In this document: positions 24,091-32,269 of the stretch, in pieces
Layout: each line of letters begins with the position of its first letter
Numbering within the stretch: position 1 is the stretch's first letter
Notes under the pieces: generated by a model
What the model was told of the DNA's origin: nothing
The model's input: the letters and a program-made list of their open reading frames with translations, nothing else
Database searches by the model: none
Made by a program: the position numbers and the translations under genes
From: Candidatus Thorarchaeota archaeon
Lineage (GTDB): Archaea; Asgardarchaeota; Thorarchaeia; Thorarchaeales; Thorarchaeaceae
Direction: 5' to 3'
Assembly (NCBI GenBank): GCA_004524565.1
Contig: SDNZ01000002.1
Span: 106-64,105, forward strand
Length of the DNA stretch: 64,000 bases

Positions 24091-24744
24091 CTAGAGGTAG
24101 CGGCCTATGACTGCATGCGTTCCCTTTTTCCACTCTATACTCTTTTTGGCTAATTCAGCAGCGATGTTTCCTGGTAGTGGTTGTTCACGAGGTAACGATT
24201 CAATATTTGATAACCAACCAGAAGTTGTAAGAGCTATTGTGTTAACACCTTCATCCCCCTCGGTTGCTTTGATTATCATCTCTCGCCCATGAGCAACTTG
24301 GTAGTACACTTCACTCAGTGGTGCTTTCTTCAAAATTTTATGGACAACCATATCCCAACATGTCTTTGCTACCAACGCCCTTCTAAGCTTGGATCTATCT
24401 TCCTCAGGAAGTGCTTCTAATTTACTAATGGATTCCTCTAGGTTTTCCATAATACCATCCAAGTAAACTTTGAGCGCAACCTCATCCTTACCCTGTGCGT
24501 GGAGTTCGACTGATGCTTCTTCCTCATTGACTTTAACCGATGCAAATGCCTTCTCGCCGGCAATTTGAAGAGAGAATTTCGCATCACCTTGAAAGCTTGT
24601 ACTCTCCGCTTCGCTGTACTGATCAAGAAGTACATTCGGCTTAGAAGCAATAGCATACCAAGCTACTCTGAAGACTGCAGCAGAATCCTCTGAGGCATAC
24701 TTTTGAATTTGAGAAATCTCAACCATATCGTCGTCTGCTTCCAC
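24091..24744 (-). CDS. Uncharacterised 217-aa protein embedded in the selenocysteine operon
   Basis: Starts 30 nt downstream of the spcS stop on the same strand and ends 35 nt before tRNA-Sec. Acidic N-terminus. No motif recognised, and no L7Ae-like or nucleotide-binding signature is visible. Confidence 0.6.
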   Translation of the reverse strand: MEADDDMVEISQIQKYASEDSAAVFRVAWYAIASKPNVLLDQYSEAESTSFQGDAKFSLQIAGEKAFASVKVNEEEASVELHAQGKDEVALKVYLDGIMENLEESISKLEALPEEDRSKLRRALVAKTCWDMVVHKILKKAPLSEVYYQVAHGREMIIKATEGDEGVNTIALTTSGWLSNIESLPREQPLPGNIAAELAKKSIEWKKGTHAVIGRYL

Positions 24745-24774
24745 GTGTCAGGCCCTCCCTCAAGGACAATATCA

Positions 24775-26094
24775 TTATCTACTAGCCTCCTTATAGAGTT
24801 TAGCCGTAGCTGTTTCAATGTCTTCTTTTCGTGCTCCAATAGCTGCATTCATCACGATATAGCTGTGAGGATAGTTTTCTGTTGATGATCCATAGTCCCC
24901 TTTCTTTACTGCTCTTGGTCCAGTCACTCGAGCATTATAGAGCCTTGCCCCTATTTCTTCTACATCCAAGCCATCCATAGTGATAGCAAATGCCACAGGA
25001 TTCCTTACTTCTAACAATCGTTGCCCAAGTTTTTCAGCAATAATCAGAAGACTTTCTTGTAACTGTGCTAGATTCTCCAATTGTTGTTTCTGAAGCTCTT
25101 TGTATCTCTCATAACCTATTGAAAGAAGAGCGGCAAGAGTTTGAATAACGGGAGCTGCGCTAGCACGTCCCGCATAGGTGTCTGAGACCCATGCGATTAA
25201 CTCTGATTTTGGAGAAACTACGATTGAACCTCCAACAGGAGTCAGGAAATTTTTGTCACTACTCTGTATGACTGCGTCAACTCTTCCAGCATCAATTGCT
25301 GACCGAATTTGCATCATGATCTCTTGAGATTGAACTCCATATGCATTGTTGATTATCAATGGAACATCATACTCTGAACAGAGACGAGCTATACTTTTTA
25401 CGGGGTCGGACTCTCGCGGTGGAAAGAATGTGGTTGTAGCGAGAACTGCACACGCTTCTGTATTGCTGATGCTCTTCTCAAATTCTCCAAGATTAACACG
25501 AACTGCATCACCTTCAATGACCGTGGGGATTTGCACTTCATCTAATCCTGCTAGAGCTATGCCTCGCTTGGGTGAGGTGTGATCTATTCTCGGATAGAGT
25601 ACCTTCTTTATGCCCACTTCTCTTCTGAGGGCACTCAATACCAATGCAATACTCATTCCTGTGGATACTGGTGTAACTATGCCTGCTTTCGTATTACTTA
25701 GTCCCAATTTTCTAATTGCATCTAGGGCTGTGTTATTTGCTACTTGTTGCATCAATGACGCACCAGCAGCCTTTGGTTGCGGAGCTGAAAGCTGACCACT
25801 TCTACCAATTCCATGGTTGAAATCAGCAGCTAAACTTGCTACATATGGGGATGCAACTCGTGCTTCACGTTCTCCCACTCTTGCGGCTTCTGGATCTTTG
25901 TCAGTATCCATCGACGAAAGAATCTGAACCATTAGTTCAAGTTGAGAATCTGTTAAACCTCTGTCTGGAAAGATTCGTCTATTTAGGACATCGCGAACTG
26001 GAGCGAGTAATGAGTCTATTGTTGTTCGACCTCTACGAGCCATACTTTCTGGAATCGTCTTGTCTAGAATCCTATCAATTTCATCATGGTCCAA
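24775..26094 (-). CDS. spcS: O-phosphoseryl-tRNA(Sec) selenium transferase (SepSecS)
   Basis: 439 aa. Motifs GEREARVASP...FNHGIGRSGQLSAPQPKAAGAS and the PLP-lysine region VIQSSDKNFLTPVGGSIV. Confidence 0.9.
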   Translation of the reverse strand: MDHDEIDRILDKTIPESMARRGRTTIDSLLAPVRDVLNRRIFPDRGLTDSQLELMVQILSSMDTDKDPEAARVGEREARVASPYVASLAADFNHGIGRSGQLSAPQPKAAGASLMQQVANNTALDAIRKLGLSNTKAGIVTPVSTGMSIALVLSALRREVGIKKVLYPRIDHTSPKRGIALAGLDEVQIPTVIEGDAVRVNLGEFEKSISNTEACAVLATTTFFPPRESDPVKSIARLCSEYDVPLIINNAYGVQSQEIMMQIRSAIDAGRVDAVIQSSDKNFLTPVGGSIVVSPKSELIAWVSDTYAGRASAAPVIQTLAALLSIGYERYKELQKQQLENLAQLQESLLIIAEKLGQRLLEVRNPVAFAITMDGLDVEEIGARLYNARVTGPRAVKKGDYGSSTENYPHSYIVMNAAIGARKEDIETATAKLYKEASR

Positions 26095-27478
26095 ATCTAT
26101 ATTCCTCCTCTACAAGACGTTCATACTGTATGATTTCATCCTGCATAACATCTTTGTCAAACTCTATCGAAACAACACCCCTTGTACCGAATGGTGCCCT
26201 AATAATCCCGACTGCACCACCTGCTGCAGTGACATGCAATCCAACAATGGATTCTGCGACGCTCTTTGCAGAAGCTAATCCTTCCACAAGTACGTCCGCA
26301 TCCCGTATTCTCTGAACCTTACCCTTTCGAATCTTCCTCTTGTTCAGGATGACTTTTCCTAAGATTTCGGAGACACTTCCAGAACCAATGATTCTCATTT
26401 CACTTGGTGATAGGTCCGTACGAATAAGTAACACTCTAGCACCCTCGTCTACAGCGATTGGTCGCTGGAATAGCAGAACCGCATCAAACGCTCCTGCCTT
26501 AAAATCATCAAGGACTACTCGAACTCCATTACGTACCTCGAACGGGATGACCTGTGCTGTTACCATTGGCATACCTATTGCAGCACTGATGACCATCCTC
26601 TGAGTGATTCTTCCCTGATAGAGTATATTGGTTTGTGCATGTACAACCATTGCATCAGCAATCGGAATTGATTTTGGTGACGCAATGTAGTCACCTCGTG
26701 TGATTTGTGTATGATCTATTTCTGGTACGTTTATTCCTACACGGTCTCCTGCAGATGCTTCTAATCGATTTGTGCTGAATGTTTGAATTGACCGAACTTT
26801 ACTAGTCAATCCAGAGGGAGAACATTCCACAACATCATTTACTGATAGATGACCACGAAGAATAGTACCTGTAACGACAGTGCCATGTCCTTTCACTGAA
26901 AACGCATGATCTATTGGCATCAACACAGGGCCTTCAACTATTCTTGTTCTAGGAACAATCACATTGAGAATCGCGCTGCGTAAATCATCGATGCCTTCTC
27001 CCTTTTGAGCTGAAACTGTAACATATTCTACTCTTTCGAATCCTGCATCTCTTACTATCTTCTTCATCATACCTTTTACTTCTGCTAACCGCTTATCTTT
27101 GACCAAGTCACTTTTTGTAATCGCGATTACAACAGAGTTGATGTCCAAAGAACGTAAGACAACAAGATGCTCTCCCGTCTGGATTTTTGGACCTTCGTCT
27201 GCAGCAACAGTGAGAATTGCACCATCAATGATGTTTGCACCAGCAACAACACTTCTGATGAGGTCTGCATGTCCTGGTGCATCCACGAGTGTTACAAGAT
27301 ACTTTTCAAGAACGAACATTGTAAAACCAAGGTCTATTGTGATTCCGCGTTCTTGGGCTTGTGGATGTTTATCTAATCCTGCTGTAGAAACTTGTTCACT
27401 AATAGCACGAGCTAATGCTGTCTTTCCATGGTCTATATGACCCATTAGACCAATGTGTACAGGCACTAATTTATCCAT
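26084..27478 (-). CDS. selB: Selenocysteine-specific elongation factor (archaeal SelB / EFSec-like)
   Basis: 464 aa. GTPase motifs GLMGHIDHGKTAL, DAPGH, TKSD and SAQKG, followed by beta-barrel domains and a C-terminal extension. The 3' end overlaps the spcS start by 11 nt. Confidence 0.85.
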   Translation of the reverse strand: MDKLVPVHIGLMGHIDHGKTALARAISEQVSTAGLDKHPQAQERGITIDLGFTMFVLEKYLVTLVDAPGHADLIRSVVAGANIIDGAILTVAADEGPKIQTGEHLVVLRSLDINSVVIAITKSDLVKDKRLAEVKGMMKKIVRDAGFERVEYVTVSAQKGEGIDDLRSAILNVIVPRTRIVEGPVLMPIDHAFSVKGHGTVVTGTILRGHLSVNDVVECSPSGLTSKVRSIQTFSTNRLEASAGDRVGINVPEIDHTQITRGDYIASPKSIPIADAMVVHAQTNILYQGRITQRMVISAAIGMPMVTAQVIPFEVRNGVRVVLDDFKAGAFDAVLLFQRPIAVDEGARVLLIRTDLSPSEMRIIGSGSVSEILGKVILNKRKIRKGKVQRIRDADVLVEGLASAKSVAESIVGLHVTAAGGAVGIIRAPFGTRGVVSIEFDKDVMQDEIIQYERLVEEEYRFGP

Positions 27479-27569
27479 ATTCTTTCCACATCTTCAGTGG
27501 CGGAATCAGACATAAAACCTTCCTCGGAACGTAGAGGAGTTTATTGGGACGATTGCCTGACAATAAATC

Positions 27570-27980
27570 ATGGTATCTAGATCTCTTGAGAAGATGATGC
27601 TCATTGCAGTAGGTCTCTCAACTGCAGTAATTATTGGAGTTCCTGTCTTACTTTATGCAATTGATACTATGTCGTATTCTACTCATCTTCAGAGTGCTCA
27701 GGTAGCAGCTGAAGATATCTTCACTGCGACTGAACGACTTGATACAGGGGAGGTTGAAAATCTCACCATTCGAGTTCACATACCAACAGGTATGTCGATG
27801 ATTGCTGATGTATCTACGTTAACAATATCAGTACTAATCAATGGTCAAACCACGAGTTGGTCTGATTCATACACTCACCAGATTGTGATCAATCCTCCAA
27901 CCGAAGCTGGTAATTATGATATAGAATTTACAATGGTTTCGAATGTAATTCATATCACATATACATTCATCTCATTCTAA
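27570..27980 (+). CDS. Hypothetical N-terminally membrane-anchored protein
   Basis: 136 aa. One N-terminal hydrophobic helix (MMLIAVGLSTAVIIGVPVLLYAI), then a beta-rich segment. It does not show a convincing class III (pilin) cleavage motif. Confidence 0.45.
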   Translation: MVSRSLEKMMLIAVGLSTAVIIGVPVLLYAIDTMSYSTHLQSAQVAAEDIFTATERLDTGEVENLTIRVHIPTGMSMIADVSTLTISVLINGQTTSWSDSYTHQIVINPPTEAGNYDIEFTMVSNVIHITYTFISF

Positions 27981-28070
27981 CACGCATCTATGTCACGTTA
28001 TGATAGCTCTTTCAGTTCAGCATAACGTTTTTAATCAGGCCACAAGCTCTCGCCGTTATCAGCGCTCTAG

Positions 28071-29144
28071 GTGAGGAATAAGCTCATGACTGAAGACGCC
28101 GAAAGGCTAGACGACATTGGTGAGGAAGAAGAAATTTCTGAGCCAGAGATAGAGATTGAAGAACCTGTCAAGAAGAAAGAAATGAAAGAAGCGAAAGAAA
28201 AGAAACCCAGAACAAATCCTCTTGGTATCCTTTTCAATCTTAGAATGCTTCGAAGATTTATTCAGATAGGATTCTTCATTGCCATCAATGCGTACATCTT
28301 TGTAGCATGGTTTCATATGCCTAACGTTACTGGATTCTTTCTTTCTTTTCGGAATATTATACCCTCGATCCCTATACTATCTCCACTTGAGGCACCATTT
28401 GCAGTGATTGCTGGTTCATTTGACACAATTCAACAGACATTCACTACAGGTCTATTCCCGTTCTTCACATTAGGTGCGATGATTATTATTCTCATCTTCG
28501 TTGGTCGCGCTCCTTGCGGTTGGATTTGCCCACTGGGCACCATCCAAGACTTTGTTACTCTACCCAAGAGAAACAAGATTCGTCCAGCTCCCAATACTGA
28601 AAGTGAACTCAGAAAGGTCAAAATATACATCTTCGTTATTGTCACCGGTCTAGCGGTTTGGTTGGGATTTGCACGAGCTACAGGAACTGGAGGACCACTT
28701 GAAGCCGCACTTGGTGCATTTGCAAATGATGCATTTGCTCCATTGAATCCTGCTAATATCTTGTTTAATATTATACCAAATTTGAATTGGCCCGAGGGTA
28801 TCAGTACACTATGGTATGTCTATTCATGGGGTTTTGCATGGCTCCAAATTGCTTTCGTTTCCATTATCTTCATTGTTTCCTTCTGGGTACCAAGGTGGTT
28901 CTGTAGATGGCTTTGTCCTGCAGGATGGCTCTATAGTATCTTTTCAAGAGAAGCATTGATTGGTATCGGAAGAAACCCTGCACGATGTACTCCTGATACG
29001 TGTAATGTCTGTGAAGTGGTCTGTCCAATGAATATCAGAATCAGGAAGTTTCCATATCAGCATATGCACAGTCCTGATTGTATAATGTGTCTGGAATGTA
29101 AAAGTCACTGCCCAAATAATGCCATAGTAATACGATTCTCATAG
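28071..29144 (+). CDS. NapH/MauN/NosR-type membrane polyferredoxin
   Basis: 357 aa. CGWICPLGT and CRWLCPAGW (CxxCP motifs at TM ends) plus C-terminal CNVCEVVCP and CIMCLECKSHCP. Acidic/Lys-rich N-terminal tail. GTG start at 28071 or ATG at 28086. Confidence 0.75.
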   Translation: MRNKLMTEDAERLDDIGEEEEISEPEIEIEEPVKKKEMKEAKEKKPRTNPLGILFNLRMLRRFIQIGFFIAINAYIFVAWFHMPNVTGFFLSFRNIIPSIPILSPLEAPFAVIAGSFDTIQQTFTTGLFPFFTLGAMIIILIFVGRAPCGWICPLGTIQDFVTLPKRNKIRPAPNTESELRKVKIYIFVIVTGLAVWLGFARATGTGGPLEAALGAFANDAFAPLNPANILFNIIPNLNWPEGISTLWYVYSWGFAWLQIAFVSIIFIVSFWVPRWFCRWLCPAGWLYSIFSREALIGIGRNPARCTPDTCNVCEVVCPMNIRIRKFPYQHMHSPDCIMCLECKSHCPNNAIVIRFS

Positions 29145-29513
29145 GCTGATAGAATCAGTTTTTTTGAGGACCTTATTAAATTCATCATTTAGTTTGGAAA
29201 AGATTTCAACAAGGCGGAGTCCTTCTTCAGTGACTCGTGCACCACCTCCCCCAACTGTACCCCCCTTGTAGGTTTCTACAAGACGCACTCCTAGTTTCTT
29301 TTCTATCTTCTTAATGACTCCCCATGCATAACGATATGACATTCCCAGTATCTGTGCCCCTTTGGTAATTGTTCCTTGTTCATGAACTGCTTTCAAAATT
29401 GCACATGCACCTGGGCCAAAAATATACTCTCCATTTCTTTCGAACCATAGTTTATAATTGGATTTCAAGTCCTGGGTTTTGCCATCCTTTTCTGACAATT
29501 GGACACTCTCCAA
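29139..29513 (-). CDS. ModE-N-terminal-like winged-helix regulator (molybdate/tungstate-regulator-type HTH)
   Basis: 124 aa. GACAILKAVHEQGTITKGAQILGMSYRYAWGVIKKIEKKLGVRLVETYKGGTVGGGGARVTEEG matches the ModE/LysR-type HTH layout. There is no Mop domain. Confidence 0.7.
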   Translation of the reverse strand: MESVQLSEKDGKTQDLKSNYKLWFERNGEYIFGPGACAILKAVHEQGTITKGAQILGMSYRYAWGVIKKIEKKLGVRLVETYKGGTVGGGGARVTEEGLRLVEIFSKLNDEFNKVLKKTDSISL

Positions 29514-29552
29514 TTTGGTAATAATTCGAAATGCGTGAGTTGAAACTCTAAC

Positions 29553-29810
29553 CTAGTGCCCCCACCGAAGTCTTTCACCTTTTGTGTCTTTCTTGAAGGC
29601 TTTCTTTACAATCTTCCAGTGATCCGCACACAGGTAGGTCTTCCTATCCCGAGCATCCTTTACTTTGAGACCCGAGGAAGTAACACTTGGCATGATTCTC
29701 ACTGTGGCAAAAGATCTCTTCGATGATTTTCTGCACCCCAAAATACTGCATTCTTTCGTAGACGTAGACGACACTTGTGACACTTCGAATGTGTATCTGT
29801 GCTTAGCCAT
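29553..29810 (-). CDS. Small basic protein with a C2CH zinc-finger-like spacing
   Basis: 85 aa. C22-x4-C27 ... C71-x2-H74 (CSILGC ... LCADHW). Lys/Arg-rich. Confidence 0.45.
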   Translation of the reverse strand: MAKHRYTFEVSQVSSTSTKECSILGCRKSSKRSFATVRIMPSVTSSGLKVKDARDRKTYLCADHWKIVKKAFKKDTKGERLRWGH

Positions 29811-29831
29811 TATAATGTTAGCGCCTACGGT

Positions 29832-30824
29832 CTAATCATGACCTGTACGAGGTGTAAGGACCGCACCTTTAGTGAAATCAAACATAATCCTCTTCTCTCC
29901 ACCCATTGAGAGTTTTACTACACGTGTATCATCTACACTTCCAATTCTGCATGCTGACAAATCATGTTCCTCTGCAATCTGTTTCAGTTTTAGAAAATTT
30001 TCCTCTCTAGTTGCAACTAAGAATCCAAGAGAGATATACATGCGAAGCCAATCTTCCAGTTTAATTTGTTGAGGTCTCGCTCTATCAATCATATCCAGGT
30101 CGATAGTACCACCTTTTCCAGAATACTCCAGCATCATTGCTGCAGTACCAGCAATACCTGCAACTGACACATCTTTTGATGCAGTAACAAGATTTCCCTC
30201 AGCAATATCGTTCATCACCGAAAGGCGTTTCACAACATTTTCTGAGGGTCTATCTGTTACTGAATCCCATCCCAGCTGATAATGTTCTCCTCTCTGACCA
30301 GTTCGATCAAACAGTACAACAAGAATATTGTCATCTTCTGCACCCCCTGCAGTAAGGATACAGCTTTTTTGAACTGTGCCTGTAGCAGATCCTACAACAT
30401 AAGTGGATGTTGAGTTTGGATTAGTATGCCCTCTAACTATGGGTATCTTGAAGGTATGCGAACCTCGGATCAGACCATCCAACATAGCCTCACCAATCTC
30501 CGGGTTTGAATAGGATAATGCTACAGCAAATGAAGTTGGCGTTCCACCTGCCGCATAGATATCCATGATATTTGCTAGTACTGCATTGAATCCAGCGGCA
30601 CTAGGATGTTGCAAGCATAAATCTTCAACAATTGCATCGGTAGTGAGAAGAACTAACTCGTCAGAGTCGGTCCCTATAGCAGCTGAATCTTCTCCGAGAC
30701 TGTGGGGTGTATCTCCCCTAAATGAACTCATTCGAAGCTTGTCTATAATTGATGGTAGAACGAATTTACGAGATATGCCATCAAAGCTGACCAGCATTTC
30801 AAGAATATCGTCAAGGCGAGTCAA
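29832..30824 (-). CDS. AIR-synthase-related protein (PurM/ThiL/SelD/HypE superfamily), specificity unknown
   Basis: 330 aa. SLGEDSAAIG...LLTTDAIVED...GFNAVLANIMDIYAAGGTP ... IPIVRGHTNP ... KDVSVAGIAGTAAMMLEYS is the superfamily layout. TTG start with GGTGA 5 nt upstream. It lacks the SelD N-terminal G-(C/U)-x-x-K loop. Confidence 0.75.
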   Translation of the reverse strand: MTRLDDILEMLVSFDGISRKFVLPSIIDKLRMSSFRGDTPHSLGEDSAAIGTDSDELVLLTTDAIVEDLCLQHPSAAGFNAVLANIMDIYAAGGTPTSFAVALSYSNPEIGEAMLDGLIRGSHTFKIPIVRGHTNPNSTSTYVVGSATGTVQKSCILTAGGAEDDNILVVLFDRTGQRGEHYQLGWDSVTDRPSENVVKRLSVMNDIAEGNLVTASKDVSVAGIAGTAAMMLEYSGKGGTIDLDMIDRARPQQIKLEDWLRMYISLGFLVATREENFLKLKQIAEEHDLSACRIGSVDDTRVVKLSMGGEKRIMFDFTKGAVLTPRTGHD

Positions 30825-30855
30825 AGGGTATCACCCATTTAATGACCACCTGATT

Positions 30856-30984
30856 CTATGGTGGTCCACTCAGAAATCCAATCGCGAATGCAGCCTGGCC
30901 TAACAGGATGCCAATACCAAGTAACGATAATCCAATCATGAAATAGATGAGCGCTCTCATCTCAGGACGAATTTCTTCTAACAC
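30856..30984 (-). CDS. Possible 42-aa hydrophobic mini-protein
   Basis: Not in the ORF track (<60 aa). GTG start with GGTGA about 7 nt upstream. Hand-translated as (M)LEEIRPEMRALIYFMIGLSLLGIGILLGQAAFAIGFLSGPP. Lies 31 nt upstream of the PurM-like gene on the same strand. Confidence 0.25.
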   Translation of the reverse strand: MLEEIRPEMRALIYFMIGLSLLGIGILLGQAAFAIGFLSGPP

Positions 30985-31068
30985 TACAATTCACCTTCGC
31001 GTGACTGCGATTGCCTTCGTGCTGCTTATAGACATTTTGGGCTGTACATGAGAAGCAAGTGTTCTCAA

Positions 31069-31371
31069 TTATTCACGTCGCCCAAGCTTCTTAGCAATAT
31101 CCTTGGGTATTGCATCAGGATAGTCTATATCACGTGGTAGAGGAGCTGCTGTTTCTATCTTCTTGGTGACTGGTTTACATCTGCCATCATCGCTCATTCT
31201 TCGATCCAAACATTTTCCGAATTTACACCATGGACCATCACATTCTTCATCAATCCACGTACACCAGATTTCCTTTTTACCTGCTCTCTGTCTGATTTTC
31301 ATCGCAGGAGGTTGCTTATCACATTTGAAACTCTTACAAAGTGGTGTGCATTCCACATAACCCGTTGCCAT
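31069..31371 (-). CDS. Cys-rich small protein of unknown function
   Basis: 100 aa with 8 Cys (CTPLCKSFKC ... WCTWIDEECDGPWCKFGKC ... GRCKP) and a basic C-terminus. Confidence 0.5.
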   Translation of the reverse strand: MATGYVECTPLCKSFKCDKQPPAMKIRQRAGKKEIWCTWIDEECDGPWCKFGKCLDRRMSDDGRCKPVTKKIETAAPLPRDIDYPDAIPKDIAKKLGRRE

Positions 31372-31406
31372 TGCATCGCACTCCTAGATCATGCTTATTG
31401 TTTGTG

Positions 31407-32207
31407 TTATCTCTTATCAGCTAGCCTTAGTAGTTCATCCAGTCTTTCCTGACCGCCTTCTACAACAGTGATACATCTCTGAAGTCTTGCTTTAGAAACT
31501 TCATACTTTTCTCTGGAGACATCACCAATTTTGAACTTAGCATCTAATCGGCTCATCTCTTTGTCTAGTATCTTCAAGGTTTTTTTGATTCCCTTTGACC
31601 AAATCTTCCCTGTCTTGATTGCATCTTTAAGGTTAGATCGAAGGTCTTTGATAGTTTGAAGAATCTCGACCTTTTGTTCCTTATAGATCTCTTTGTCAAC
31701 AGTTCCTGCAATCTCCTCCAATTTGGACAATCGCGCTTCATGTTTATCAAGGGAGTCAAGAATTTGCTCAATGACAAGTTTTTCCTTTACAGAAGTCAGT
31801 TCTCGTCTTCTGTTCTTCATCTGTTCAAACTCAGTGCGTAATGCTTCCGCCCGTGTTGTAAGAACAGCCTTGTCCGCCTTTTGTAACTGCAAAGCTTGTC
31901 TTGTTGCTTTTATCTTCTCAATCATCCTATCCAATTCATTATCAAGCACATTGAGTTCTGCATGAGCCAGCAGAATCGCGCCTGCATCATAGTGCATATT
32001 CTCAATAGTGACTTCAAAATGTGGTAGAGATGAAGGCTCAATTTTCTGAATTTCCTCAGAGATACCCAATTCTGGTTCAAGCACTAAATCATGCTCTGGT
32101 TGAATCTCTTTCTCATTCTGTATGAGTGGTTCTCCACAGAGTTTACAGAATTTACCTTCTGGAACTTCAAGACCGCACGATGGACATGCAACAAGTGGTT
32201 CCGGCAT
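31407..32207 (-). CDS. Zinc-ribbon plus long coiled-coil protein
   Basis: 266 aa. N-terminal CPSCGLEVPEGKFCKLCGEPL, then about 170 aa of heptad-like charged sequence. Confidence 0.6.
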   Translation of the reverse strand: MPEPLVACPSCGLEVPEGKFCKLCGEPLIQNEKEIQPEHDLVLEPELGISEEIQKIEPSSLPHFEVTIENMHYDAGAILLAHAELNVLDNELDRMIEKIKATRQALQLQKADKAVLTTRAEALRTEFEQMKNRRRELTSVKEKLVIEQILDSLDKHEARLSKLEEIAGTVDKEIYKEQKVEILQTIKDLRSNLKDAIKTGKIWSKGIKKTLKILDKEMSRLDAKFKIGDVSREKYEVSKARLQRCITVVEGGQERLDELLRLADKR

Positions 32208-32269
32208 TATTTGCTCCTTCCACTACATAGATAGCTCCGACTAGTCGGATAATTTAGTTAATTCATAAT

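Noticed and set aside
27570-27980. I considered the N-terminally hydrophobic 136-aa protein as a type IV pilin/archaellin-like protein.
   Set aside because: The N-terminus (…RSLEKMMLIAVGL…) lacks the (K/R)-(G/A/S) cleavage context of class III signal peptides. It is retained only as a hypothetical anchored protein.
30825-30869. There is an in-frame TGA 3 codons upstream of the PurM/SelD-superfamily gene, preceded by a short open frame from a GTG. I considered a SelD-like N-terminal selenocysteine.
   Set aside because: The TGA is part of a GGTGA SD 5 nt before the TTG start. The upstream frame is only 12 codons long and bounded by another TGA. The context (NG-U-YPL) lacks the SelD G-(C/U)-x-x-K loop.
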